Below, piece by piece: positions 18,026-26,438 of a stretch of 35,326 bases of DNA. Position numbers and translations under genes: made by a program. The notes beneath the pieces are model-generated. The model was not told the origin of the DNA, made no database searches, and worked only from the letters and a program-made list of their open reading frames with translations. The stretch covers positions 1-35,326 of the forward strand of contig JAMDCX010000075.1 of assembly GCA_023489375.1 (NCBI GenBank), written 5' to 3'. Each line of letters opens with the position of its first letter. Within the stretch, counting starts at the first letter, position 1. The stretch comes from Planctomycetota bacterium (GTDB lineage: Bacteria > Planctomycetota > Phycisphaerae > WQYP01).

Positions 18026-19594
18026 ATGATAAAAGCAAAGAATTTTGGTTCTGTAACTATTCAACCCGGTAGAGAATCGATTTTTAAGACCACTACAGAT
18101 TGCTTACAGGCTTGCGCGGCGCTGGCTATTCCAATCTTTGAGGCGGAAAAGCCCGGTTATGCCGGGGAAGCACTGCCGGGGGATATGATCACCGCTATTG
18201 GCCAGGCCATAGCGCTGTATGAATTTGAGGGCAAGCCGGGAACGCTGGTGCAGGCGAACGGCTGTGGTGGTACGCAGCGTGTCATTCTGCTGGGGTTGGG
18301 CAAACGGTCAGAATTTAAGCCGGAGCAGCTTCGCTGGGCAGGTTCCGTGCTGGCCCGGCACCTGCGGAAAATAAAACTCACCAGCGCTGTTTTTTATCCC
18401 GCCGGTCTGAAAGGTGCGGATTGGCCGATTCTGGCCGGCGCGCTGGGAGAGGGATTCGCCCTGGGAGATTTCAAATTTATCCCTTATAAAACCGAAAAGA
18501 AAACACATGCCGAAGAAAAGGCAGCGGTCACACCATTAACATTGACTATCTGTTGTCCGGATAAGTTCACGACGGAAACGGTGCGGCGATTACTGGCGGA
18601 GAAATCTATTATTACCTCCGCCGCCAATTTTGCGCGCACCGTGGCCTGCCATCCCGGCAATATCCTGACCCCTGACTCTTTAACCGCCGTAGCCCGCACC
18701 GTAGCCAAGGCGAATAGACTTTTATTTTCTGTCATTAATTACCAAACCGCGAAAGCCCTGGGAATGGGCGGCCTGTGCGCTGTTGGTGCTGGCAGCGCCA
18801 CGCCGCCAGCACTGATCATACTGGAATATGTGCCGCGCGGCAGCCCGGTTCGACACCCTAAAACTGTTGCGGTGGTGGGTAAGGCTGTGACTTTTGATAC
18901 CGGCGGCATTTCCATTAAACCCGCGGCCGATATGGGTAATATGAAATATGATAAATGTGGCGGCACCGTGGTGCTGGGCATCATGCAGGCTGTAGCTCAG
19001 TTAAAATTGTCTCACCGGGTGATCGGATTGATTCCCACCGCGGAAAATACGCTGGATTCCCGCGCCTACCGTCCCGGCGATATCCTTCACATGTACAACG
19101 GTAAAACTGTCGATGTTACCAATACCGATGCCGAAGGCCGCCTGATACTGGCTGATGCCATGGCCTATGCCTGTGCCAAGTACAAGCCGCAGACACTTAT
19201 TGAAATGTCCACGCTTACCGGCGGCGTGGTGGTGGCCTTGGGCGGCGTATTTGCCGGGTTAATGGCTGGTAACGATCAATTGGCAACGGAGTTGATACAT
19301 GCCGGGGAAATAACCGGCGAGCGCCTCTGGCGGTTGCCATTGGACAAGGCTTATCGCAAACTGCTGGACAGCCCCCACGCGGATATGGTCAACAGCGGCG
19401 GTCGCGAAGCGCATCCTATTCAGGGCGGCATGTTCTTAAGCGAATTTGTCACAGCCGGCGTGGCGTGGGCGCATCTGGATATTGCCGGAGTATCCGACCC
19501 GAAAAAGGATGACCGCTGGTGGATCGGAGATAACGCCAGCGGGTTTGGCGTGCGATTGGTGGTGGAATATCTGCAACGTCTTGGTTCGAAGTAA
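18026..19594 (+). CDS. pepA: Leucyl aminopeptidase (M17)
   Basis: VGKAVTFDTGGISIKP and NTDAEGRLILADAM are M17 metal-binding signatures. The ATG at 18026 is preferred over the TTG at 17990. Confidence 0.9.
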   Translation: MIKAKNFGSVTIQPGRESIFKTTTDCLQACAALAIPIFEAEKPGYAGEALPGDMITAIGQAIALYEFEGKPGTLVQANGCGGTQRVILLGLGKRSEFKPEQLRWAGSVLARHLRKIKLTSAVFYPAGLKGADWPILAGALGEGFALGDFKFIPYKTEKKTHAEEKAAVTPLTLTICCPDKFTTETVRRLLAEKSIITSAANFARTVACHPGNILTPDSLTAVARTVAKANRLLFSVINYQTAKALGMGGLCAVGAGSATPPALIILEYVPRGSPVRHPKTVAVVGKAVTFDTGGISIKPAADMGNMKYDKCGGTVVLGIMQAVAQLKLSHRVIGLIPTAENTLDSRAYRPGDILHMYNGKTVDVTNTDAEGRLILADAMAYACAKYKPQTLIEMSTLTGGVVVALGGVFAGLMAGNDQLATELIHAGEITGERLWRLPLDKAYRKLLDSPHADMVNSGGREAHPIQGGMFLSEFVTAGVAWAHLDIAGVSDPKKDDRWWIGDNASGFGVRLVVEYLQRLGSK

Positions 19595-19611
19595 ATGTCG
19601 GCGGCATGGAT

Positions 19612-20130
19612 TTACTTATTATTCCGTAGCGCCACAAGAAACTGCAAAACAGAAGCGTTCATTTGCGGATTACCATGGATCAGGGCGTTGGCGATGGTTT
19701 TGGTTACATGGCGCAGTTTAATTTTCACATGCATAACCGCCAGTAATTCCTGAGTCTGTAGAATCATCGCCCGCTGCTGTGCCGGTGGAGCCTTGGCATA
19801 GGCCAGAAAGAAGGCTTCAAGTTCCGCCCGTCGTTTCAGAGCCAGCGCCTGCCGTTGGTGCGTGGTCATTTTGCCACCCCTCCCGTGATCCAGAAGCCAT
19901 AGTATCGGAAAAGCCAGAGGCTTACCGCGTGTGTGGGCCATAATCGCAGCCACTTGCGGTAATTTGCGACTCGGCACTGCGGACGCTGTGGTGTGTAAAT
20001 AAAGCAGTCTTCCATACACCAATATCAAAGCCAATACCAGGAAAGCCAGTACCATGGCCATGCGATGTTGGCGTGAAAAATGCCGGACCCGCGTAATAAA
20101 CCGGCGCTTTTCCATGGTCGAAGTCTCCAC
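19612..20130 (-). CDS. Hypothetical N-terminally membrane-anchored protein
   Basis: A basic N terminus is followed by one hydrophobic helix (MAMVLAFLVLALILVY). The gene starts 17 nt after the stop of the DUF1559 gene on the same strand. I recognise no family. Confidence 0.5.
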   Translation of the reverse strand: METSTMEKRRFITRVRHFSRQHRMAMVLAFLVLALILVYGRLLYLHTTASAVPSRKLPQVAAIMAHTRGKPLAFPILWLLDHGRGGKMTTHQRQALALKRRAELEAFFLAYAKAPPAQQRAMILQTQELLAVMHVKIKLRHVTKTIANALIHGNPQMNASVLQFLVALRNNK

Positions 20131-20147
20131 ATTAAGTGCTGGTTAAA

Positions 20148-20948
20148 TCAATGTAAAAACAGCTGTTGGCCGGCATTAGGCGACATATCCAATACATTTC
20201 CAACATGCCAGTCGGCAAAAAGAATATTCACCGATCCCGGTTGGCCCGGCGGGCCATGAAATGTGGACATGTCCGCCAGTACCCAGGTTCCGGCAGCTGG
20301 CAGAATCTGATACAAATTAAGAGAATTATCAGGTGGGCCAATGCGCAAATTCTGGAGTACATCGCCCGCCAGCAGCATATTATACTGATAACTGGTTCCT
20401 TCCGCGGCGAAATACGATGGGTACGTGTGATTAGATTCGACATCAAGAAATGAGTTTATATCCGCCGGACAGCGCCAGACTGCAGCATTTCCACGATCAT
20501 TTATCGCAGGCACCCAATCAAGGGGAATGGGCGTTAAAATGGTGGACGGTGGTACGACATTACCAACAACGCACTGGATCGGCGGCGGATCATAAACAAA
20601 TGTCCCCTGTTCGGTAGGAATTGGCCCGGGATCATTAATGGTCGGCATCAGCGGCGAGGCCGGAAAAATCTCATGGCTTTGACTTTGAAGATAAATCTGG
20701 AATTCCTGGCCGATACTGCGCAGATGCTCGGCACAGACGGTTTTTTCCGCCGCCTGCCAAGCTCCGGCCAGGGCCGGCAACAGCAAGCCAATCAACAAGG
20801 CAATGATGGAAATGACCACCAGCAATTCGATGACTGTAAAGGCCACCCTTCTGCCTGGTGCTCTGTCATGCCTGTAAATTCGCTTTGATTGGCCGGAAAT
20901 GGAAATGACGCCAGGAGAGAGCGGCGAAAACCGGGTCCATAGACCCAT
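20148..20948 (-). CDS. DUF1559 protein with prepilin-type N-terminal cleavage/methylation motif (type II pseudopilin-like); 5' end lies inside a repeat element
   Basis: AFTVIELLVVISIIALLIGLLLPAL is followed by a C-terminal ILFADWHVGNV (H-X9-DG-like), typical of the large DUF1559 family in Planctomycetes and relatives. The start is uncertain: ATG 20948 is inside MITE A2, and GTG 20846 leaves almost no leader. Confidence 0.7.
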   Translation of the reverse strand: MGLWTRFSPLSPGVISISGQSKRIYRHDRAPGRRVAFTVIELLVVISIIALLIGLLLPALAGAWQAAEKTVCAEHLRSIGQEFQIYLQSQSHEIFPASPLMPTINDPGPIPTEQGTFVYDPPPIQCVVGNVVPPSTILTPIPLDWVPAINDRGNAAVWRCPADINSFLDVESNHTYPSYFAAEGTSYQYNMLLAGDVLQNLRIGPPDNSLNLYQILPAAGTWVLADMSTFHGPPGQPGSVNILFADWHVGNVLDMSPNAGQQLFLH

Positions 20949-21122
20949 TGAAATACGACGGCGCCACAGAGGGCCTGTTTCAGGACAACCCGGCGGACGG
21001 AGGCCAAAGTGTCGTGAGCTTTGTCGCTCGTGGTGAGAATATTGACCAATACACCTTCCTGGCTTCGCGTCCATATCCCCTTGGCCTGCCGTCAATGCCA
21101 ATTTACAGGTGTCACAGAGCAT
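20858..21122 (+). mobile_element. Family-A MITE-like element, full copy A2 (265 bp)
   Basis: Terminal inverted repeats are gtgctctgtcatgcctgtaaattcgctttga (left) and tcaatgccaatttacaggtgtcacagagca (right). The copy is colinear with the reverse complement of 31489-31737 plus 32041-32066 and with nt 1-92. It has no ORF with protein similarity. Confidence 0.75.
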
Positions 21123-21314
21123 TCGCCCCATTTTCATATTGTATATCCTATTATTCAGATACCTCATATTCATACCGTACTACGCCGGCGGCCATTCGAT
21201 GGTTACACGTGAGATTAAATCTGGATTTTACCGGCTCGTACTCGCCAGCTGTGCGAGGCCATACGGCAGGAGGGCTTACTGTGAATACTCGCAGTTATTA
21301 TCGCATCATGCTTA

Positions 21315-21350
21315 ATGTTCTGTCACGCCTATACATTCGCTTGGATTGGC
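21315..21350. repeat. Solo family-A terminal repeat
   Basis: atgttctgtcacgcctatacattcgcttggattggc matches the A-family terminus (gctctgtcaYRcctRtaaattcgctttga), but no element body is attached. Confidence 0.5.
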
Positions 21351-21378
21351 ACCACAGTATATTTCGGTACAACAGGAT

Positions 21379-21546
21379 GCGGCCATATTTTTTGGCAAAA
21401 GCCTCACAACCGTCATTTGTTTGCCTATTTGAGAAGTATCGCGGGCGTCCTCGCCCGCCGTCGACACCAAGGGGTTGTTTGCATAGCACTTGCCAATGGA
21501 TACTATAAAGACAGGTATCGATTTGAATGCCACAATTTCTGGCCGC
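21379..21546 (+). repeat. Family-B module, copy B2
   Basis: It is colinear with B1 and B3. The ends are gcggccatattttttggc and gccacaatttctggccgc. It contains the internal GC hairpin gcgggcg-tcct-cgcccgc. Confidence 0.7.
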
Positions 21547-21664
21547 ACCCCGCCTGACCTGGAAAAAATGCAATCCTTTGACTCCGTAGACATAATGCGG
21601 TACAAATAAAGGCGTATTACATGCCCGGTTATTTCGATATTCCGGGCTGGGGTATTCAGGAGCG

Positions 21665-22186
21665 TTGACTATTAGCCATCACGGTTTGCGTTGTAACGAG
21701 CAGATTCGTATCTCTCCGATTCGTTTGATTAACGAAAACGATGATCAAGTGGGAATTATTCCGCTATTGGAGGCTTTGCGCCTGGCGCGGGAGGCGGGGT
21801 TGGATCTGGTGGAAGTTTCCCCCATGGATAAGCCGCCGGTGTGTCGCGTCATGGACTACGGCAAGTGGAAATATAAACAGCGGAAGAAAGAGCAGAAATC
21901 TTATGCCGGGTCGCATGTTACCCAACTGAAGGAATTGCGTATCCGCAGTGTGAAAATTGATGTGCATGATCGTGACACGCTTATGAATAAGGCCCGCAAA
22001 TTTTTGGAAGACGGCCACAAAGTACAATTTAATCTGATGTTTCGAGGTCGCGAGATGGCGCATGTCGATCTGGGACGTGATATACTGGAAAAAATTCGCA
22101 CCGATTTGGGAACGCTGTGTAAAACCGAACGCGATCCCAAGCTGGAGGGCCGGCGAATGATCATGATCCTTACCCCACATTCCTGA
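21665..22186 (+). CDS. infC: Translation initiation factor IF-3
   Basis: NEQIRISPIRLINENDDQVGIIP, LDLVEVSP, PVCRVMDYGKWKY and the C-terminal domain are canonical IF-3. There is no in-frame ATG; the candidates are TTG 21665 and ATT 21671, after AGGAG at 21658-21662. Confidence 0.9.
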   Translation: MTISHHGLRCNEQIRISPIRLINENDDQVGIIPLLEALRLAREAGLDLVEVSPMDKPPVCRVMDYGKWKYKQRKKEQKSYAGSHVTQLKELRIRSVKIDVHDRDTLMNKARKFLEDGHKVQFNLMFRGREMAHVDLGRDILEKIRTDLGTLCKTERDPKLEGRRMIMILTPHS

Positions 22187-22319
22187 TTCATAAAGTCTTA
22201 TTCCAGTGTGGTGGTTATCCCGTTATGCGGGAGGTTGTTATTATTTCAAATTATCGGCTGTTATGTGCATCCGATAAACGCAATACGCTGAAAAAAACAA
22301 CAATTATTGATGATCGCTG

Positions 22320-22348
22320 TTGACTTGGGCCGATGAACAACCTAGACT
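22320..22348 (+). promoter_or_regulatory. Candidate sigma70-like promoter upstream of the PEP-CTERM gene
   Basis: TTGACT (22320-22325), a 17-nt spacer, then TAGACT (22343-22348). It would give a ~185-nt leader. Confidence 0.3.
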
Positions 22349-22536
22349 ATATTAGTTGAAAAGACCCTGTTTTAGTGGTGCGCATCAGGCTCTGCACTGC
22401 TGAAAGAGACGTGTGAGCAGATATTGCATATAAGGAATTATGCACACTCTGGTCTGGAAATTTGGGGAGGATACGTATGGTGCTGCAATCTGCAGGTCAA
22501 TGGATATGAATAGAGTTGTTAGAAAGGGAGCATTTT

Positions 22537-23154
22537 ATGATGCGGTTCTCAAAAACATCCTGTATGCGTTGGTGTTCAATTGCTGTGGCGGGGGCATGGC
22601 TTGGAGCAGCGGCAGTTCATGCGTCAACTACGTCTGTGGTTACATTTAGTGAAGGTGGACCGGCGGCATTGGTCAATTCCGGTTTAACTGCTAAATCCTT
22701 CTGGTCAATCGGGGCGGGCGGCGGCAGTTTTTCCAACTCCGGCAACAGCGCCTATTCCTCGCAAACCGGCGGTGCGGTAACTCCAGAAGAAGCCAATGTT
22801 CTCCATGAACAACTGGCCATGTTTGTAGTCGATGAAGGTGGCAATAAATCCGCGGTACCCACATTTGTAAAGAGTGGCGAACTGGTTCAGGTGGACGGCA
22901 ATCAGGAATTTGTATCAGAATTATTCGGTGGGGCTGAACAATCCGGATCGCCTCTATTTGATTATCCGGTTCCCGAAAATGAACCGTATTACGTCCGCAG
23001 TATGAATCCTGTGCCCACTCTTCCCGGTGGAACTCTGGTACTCAATGGGGCACGCAGAACCGTTGTTACGCCTGTACCGGAACCAGCGGCATTGAGTGTC
23101 ATGTCACTGGCAGGTTTGGGTTTATTGCTATGGCCAAGACGGAAGCATGCTTAA
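22537..23154 (+). CDS. PEP-CTERM sorting-domain secreted protein
   Basis: The N-terminal signal peptide is MMRFSKTSCMRWCSIAVAGAWLGAAAVHA. The C terminus VPEPAALSVMSLAGLGLLLWPRRKHA shows the PEP motif, a TM helix and a basic tail. AGGGAG lies 7 nt before the ATG at 22537. Confidence 0.8.
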   Translation: MMRFSKTSCMRWCSIAVAGAWLGAAAVHASTTSVVTFSEGGPAALVNSGLTAKSFWSIGAGGGSFSNSGNSAYSSQTGGAVTPEEANVLHEQLAMFVVDEGGNKSAVPTFVKSGELVQVDGNQEFVSELFGGAEQSGSPLFDYPVPENEPYYVRSMNPVPTLPGGTLVLNGARRTVVTPVPEPAALSVMSLAGLGLLLWPRRKHA

Positions 23155-23157
23155 TTG

Positions 23158-23278
23158 GTAACCGTTCACGGTCATGTTGACGGGCCAGAATTACCGCGAT
23201 TTTGGCATACCAAAAAGCGTGGGAATCCCTTGTGGTGCAGGTTCCAGCCTACCCAGTCGTCTCTGCGTGAATGGTTAC
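23158..23278 (-). mobile_element. Family-C MITE, short variant C3 (121 bp)
   Basis: The TIRs are gtaaccgttcacg (23158-23170) and cgtgaatggttac (23266-23278). The interior matches the reverse complement of both arms of C1 (gtgggaatcccttgtggtgcaggtt; cggtcatg..gggcc.gaatta.cgcg). It starts 4 nt after the PEP-CTERM stop codon. Confidence 0.7.
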
Positions 23279-23603
23279 GCTTAACCTTGAGGCGATCTGA
23301 AATAGAATTTCGAAAATAGTGGTGCTGTGGCCACTGGAGCGTATGTACAGTGGATTCTCTATCAAGATACACGCTATTGGTAACTGTTCACGCCGGCGTA
23401 TTTGCCGCCTTTAAAATTTAAGATAAAATCCTCAGGTTTTCACAACGGCCCCGCGGGCATAGTCACCATCACCCGTGGATATTCCGCAGCCATGAATGGA
23501 GACCCATGGCTGTTTTAATACAACGTCGTGAAGGGTTACACGTAACGGTAATGTGTCAATTATTCTCATTGAGATCGCCGCCTTGCGGTACGCAGAAAAA
23601 CTC

Positions 23604-25673
23604 TCACCGCCGCTCCGCCAGAGGTTCATCTGTGCATATCGTCTCCCATGCGGTTTCATGTGGCCAGGGCGGGGCCTTCCCCAGAACATCTTCCCACAGA
23701 GAACGCAGAACTTCAGCTACGGACCAGGCTTGTGCAAAACAACCACGGGGTGTATGGGGTGAATCCCCATCGGCAATTTCACTGATACTGCCCAAACCCG
23801 CCTGCATCAGATGCGCGGCAAACGGCTTAAGAAAGTCCCAGGCTGCCGCGCGGCTCTGCGGTGTATCGCCCATGGTTTTAACATAACCGCTGACAAACGG
23901 CCCCATCAACCACGGCCAGACTGTTCCCTGATGATAAGCATGATCGCGTTCCGCCTGATTTCCCAGGTAGTAGCCCTGATATCCTGGACTGCCGGGAGCC
24001 AGCGTGCGCAGCCCCATGGGGGTCCATAAACGATTCTGTACCACTTGGATGATGCTTTTCGCTTTGTCCGCAGACAACATGCCAAAGGGTAATCCCAGAC
24101 TGATAACCTGATTGGGTCGAATGGTCGCATCGCCGTATCCATCATCCGATACCACATCAAACAGGCAACCGGCATCCGGATTCCAGAACCGCGCGCCAAA
24201 AGCCGCCTGCACTTTTACCGCCAGGGCGGCCAATTCATCAGCGCGGTCGGAATGTACCGCCCAGCGCGCAAGGGTTTCCATAATTTTCAGCGCATTGAAC
24301 CACAAGGCGTTGATTTCCACCGGTTTACCATAACGCGGGGTGATGACTTCATTGCCGACTTTAGCATCCATCCATGTCAGCTGTATGCCCGGCTCACCGG
24401 CCCGGATCAGGCCATCGGAATCCATACGGATACCATAGCGTGTACCCGCGCGGTAGCAATCAATGATCTGATTCAACGGCGCATAGAGGTAATCACGCAG
24501 CAGCGCGTGATCCCCGGAATACCGCCAGTATTGGTAGGCCGCGTGAATAAACCACAGCGAAGCATCAACGGTATTATAATCTGGATGGTCGGAGGCATCG
24601 GGAAAACGATTAGGAATCAGACCATCCCGGATATGATCCGCAAATGTCACCAGTACGCCGCGGGCCACATCAAAACGCCGTGTAACCAGCGATAAGCCCG
24701 CCAGACTGATAAACGTATCGCGGCCCCAATCTTCAAACCAGGGATACCCCGCAATAATAGACATCTTTTCCCCGCCCCGGCTGACCACAAATTGATCTGC
24801 CGCCACTGCTAAGCGGCGGGCCAGCGCGGAGGCGTCCGAGGTATCCTCAAGTGAAATCGCTAACGCTTCCCGGCGATTTTTTTCGGCGGTCATAATCGCG
24901 GATAGATCAGCAACAGCGACGGGCCGCGTGGAACATATCAGACCCACGGGAACCCCCTCTTGAAGCTCGAATTCCAGAGACCCTGGAGTCCAAAGATCAT
25001 CCCGGTCGGGATAGCCACGCGCGGATTCCGCTCGTAATACATAATTATACCACCAGCATGGCCCTTCGTTGAAATGATCGGCGTTATGGCTGATAAATAA
25101 CTTGACCGGACATTGCGGTGCCGAGAGCATCAATGGATCCCGCGTGCCGCTCCGTTCCGCCAATTGCCACTGGGGACGATTCCCCGCCGTCGTCGTGGCA
25201 TGAAAATGCCGCCCCGCCAGCATGGGCTGCACATGCAGCCGTACCGGCAGGCTCCGGGCTGTAGATTGCAATAAGGTATAGCGAATACTGACCGTATCCT
25301 GCCCGTGCGCCAAGGTAATGGCTTTTTCAACCAGCGCTTCACCGCAGCGATACTGCCAGACCGGCCCATATTGATAGCGGAAGTCCACAATGTTCGCGTA
25401 GCCCGCGGGATCAATAACATCAGGAAACTCATTGGCGGCCAACGGATAACTGCGATCGCCCATCCACAACCGGTCTTCCAGGTGTGCCAAAAGCACATAT
25501 CGTTCCACCGGCGGGCGTACCGCGACGGTAAGATAGCCGTGATATTTGCGCGTATTGATCCCCGACACTGTTCCCGAAGCAAAACCACCGAGTCCATTGG
25601 TACACAGCCATTCCAATCTGATGGATTCATCGAGATTAGTACATATATTTTGCGAAAAAGAAATATCTTCCAT
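23604..25673 (-). CDS. Glycogen debranching enzyme (amylo-alpha-1,6-glucosidase family, bacterial/archaeal type)
   Basis: The N-terminal EWLCTNGLGGFASGTVSGINTRKYHGYL and the central GYPWFEDWGRDTFISLAGL are hallmark motifs of the GDE_N / GDE_C family. Confidence 0.85.
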   Translation of the reverse strand: MEDISFSQNICTNLDESIRLEWLCTNGLGGFASGTVSGINTRKYHGYLTVAVRPPVERYVLLAHLEDRLWMGDRSYPLAANEFPDVIDPAGYANIVDFRYQYGPVWQYRCGEALVEKAITLAHGQDTVSIRYTLLQSTARSLPVRLHVQPMLAGRHFHATTTAGNRPQWQLAERSGTRDPLMLSAPQCPVKLFISHNADHFNEGPCWWYNYVLRAESARGYPDRDDLWTPGSLEFELQEGVPVGLICSTRPVAVADLSAIMTAEKNRREALAISLEDTSDASALARRLAVAADQFVVSRGGEKMSIIAGYPWFEDWGRDTFISLAGLSLVTRRFDVARGVLVTFADHIRDGLIPNRFPDASDHPDYNTVDASLWFIHAAYQYWRYSGDHALLRDYLYAPLNQIIDCYRAGTRYGIRMDSDGLIRAGEPGIQLTWMDAKVGNEVITPRYGKPVEINALWFNALKIMETLARWAVHSDRADELAALAVKVQAAFGARFWNPDAGCLFDVVSDDGYGDATIRPNQVISLGLPFGMLSADKAKSIIQVVQNRLWTPMGLRTLAPGSPGYQGYYLGNQAERDHAYHQGTVWPWLMGPFVSGYVKTMGDTPQSRAAAWDFLKPFAAHLMQAGLGSISEIADGDSPHTPRGCFAQAWSVAEVLRSLWEDVLGKAPPWPHETAWETICTDEPLAERR

Positions 25674-25803
25674 ACGTCGATTTTCCGGAAAACAAATTCC
25701 TATATTGTTGTACGCATTTACACGCCGGGATGCAAATGTCTTTTAGTCGAACCGGTGTATGAATGGAATCCTGCCGGACTACCATCACGTATGAACGCCT
25801 CAT

Positions 25804-26049
25804 CTACAACAGGGACCACAGGCCTGCCATCGCCATAACCACGGTATAGATGATAAAACTTATCGCCACAAATGCGATCACCAGTGTCACCAGCCACAGG
25901 CCAATAAGACACAATCGCGGTATCCATTCCGTTTGCGGATCGCACCACTCTTCAAAATCAGACCGCCAGCTGCCAAGCATTTCTTTGACCCACCATAAGG
26001 CCAAAACCAGAAGCAGCGAAGTTAACAGCATCCCAAATGTAGGCACCAT
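25804..26049 (-). CDS. Possible small two-TM membrane protein
   Basis: The 81-aa ORF has two clear hydrophobic helices and GGGGA 5 nt upstream of the ATG. I recognise no family, so it may be spurious. Confidence 0.35.
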   Translation of the reverse strand: MVPTFGMLLTSLLLVLALWWVKEMLGSWRSDFEEWCDPQTEWIPRLCLIGLWLVTLVIAFVAISFIIYTVVMAMAGLWSLL

Positions 26050-26241
26050 TTGATCCCCGGTTAGTAGGCCATTCCAAAAATATTTACGTGTATCATATTG
26101 GCTGCATTGCTCTATTCCGGCGAATTTACATTTATTTTACCGCAATTGGTCATGGAATAGGCTCCGGGTTAAATGTGGCAAGTGCGCACCCGTGACAAGG
26201 CCGTAAATCAATGGTTTTCGCCCCTCATAGGGACAAGTCGG

Positions 26242-26412
26242 TTAGGGGCCGTGCAAAAATAACTTCGCACTTTCCGGCTGGTTCTTTTGGCCGCGGGCTT
26301 CGTTGTTCGCTGCTTACAGACCCGCGGGCGGGGTAGGCGCGTCGCTCACGCCTCGCTGGCGGCCAAAACTCCCGCGCCGTAAAATATGAATTTATTTTTG
26401 CGCGGCCCCTTA
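26242..26412. repeat. Inverted-repeat-bounded GC-rich element (family D, single copy in window)
   Basis: ttaggggccgtgcaaaaataa (26242-26262) and tttatttttgcgcggcccctta (26391-26412) form a ~19-bp inverted repeat with one mismatch. They enclose ~125 bp of GC-rich sequence with an internal hairpin cgcggg...cccgcg. Confidence 0.5.
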
Positions 26413-26438
26413 GCCAGGAACGGTTACAAGTTTCATTT

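Noticed and set aside
23432-23886. ORFs 23432..23689 (-) and 23506..23886 (+)
   Set aside because: They overlap the 3' end of the glycogen debranching enzyme gene or lie in its downstream spacer. They have no motifs and atypical composition.
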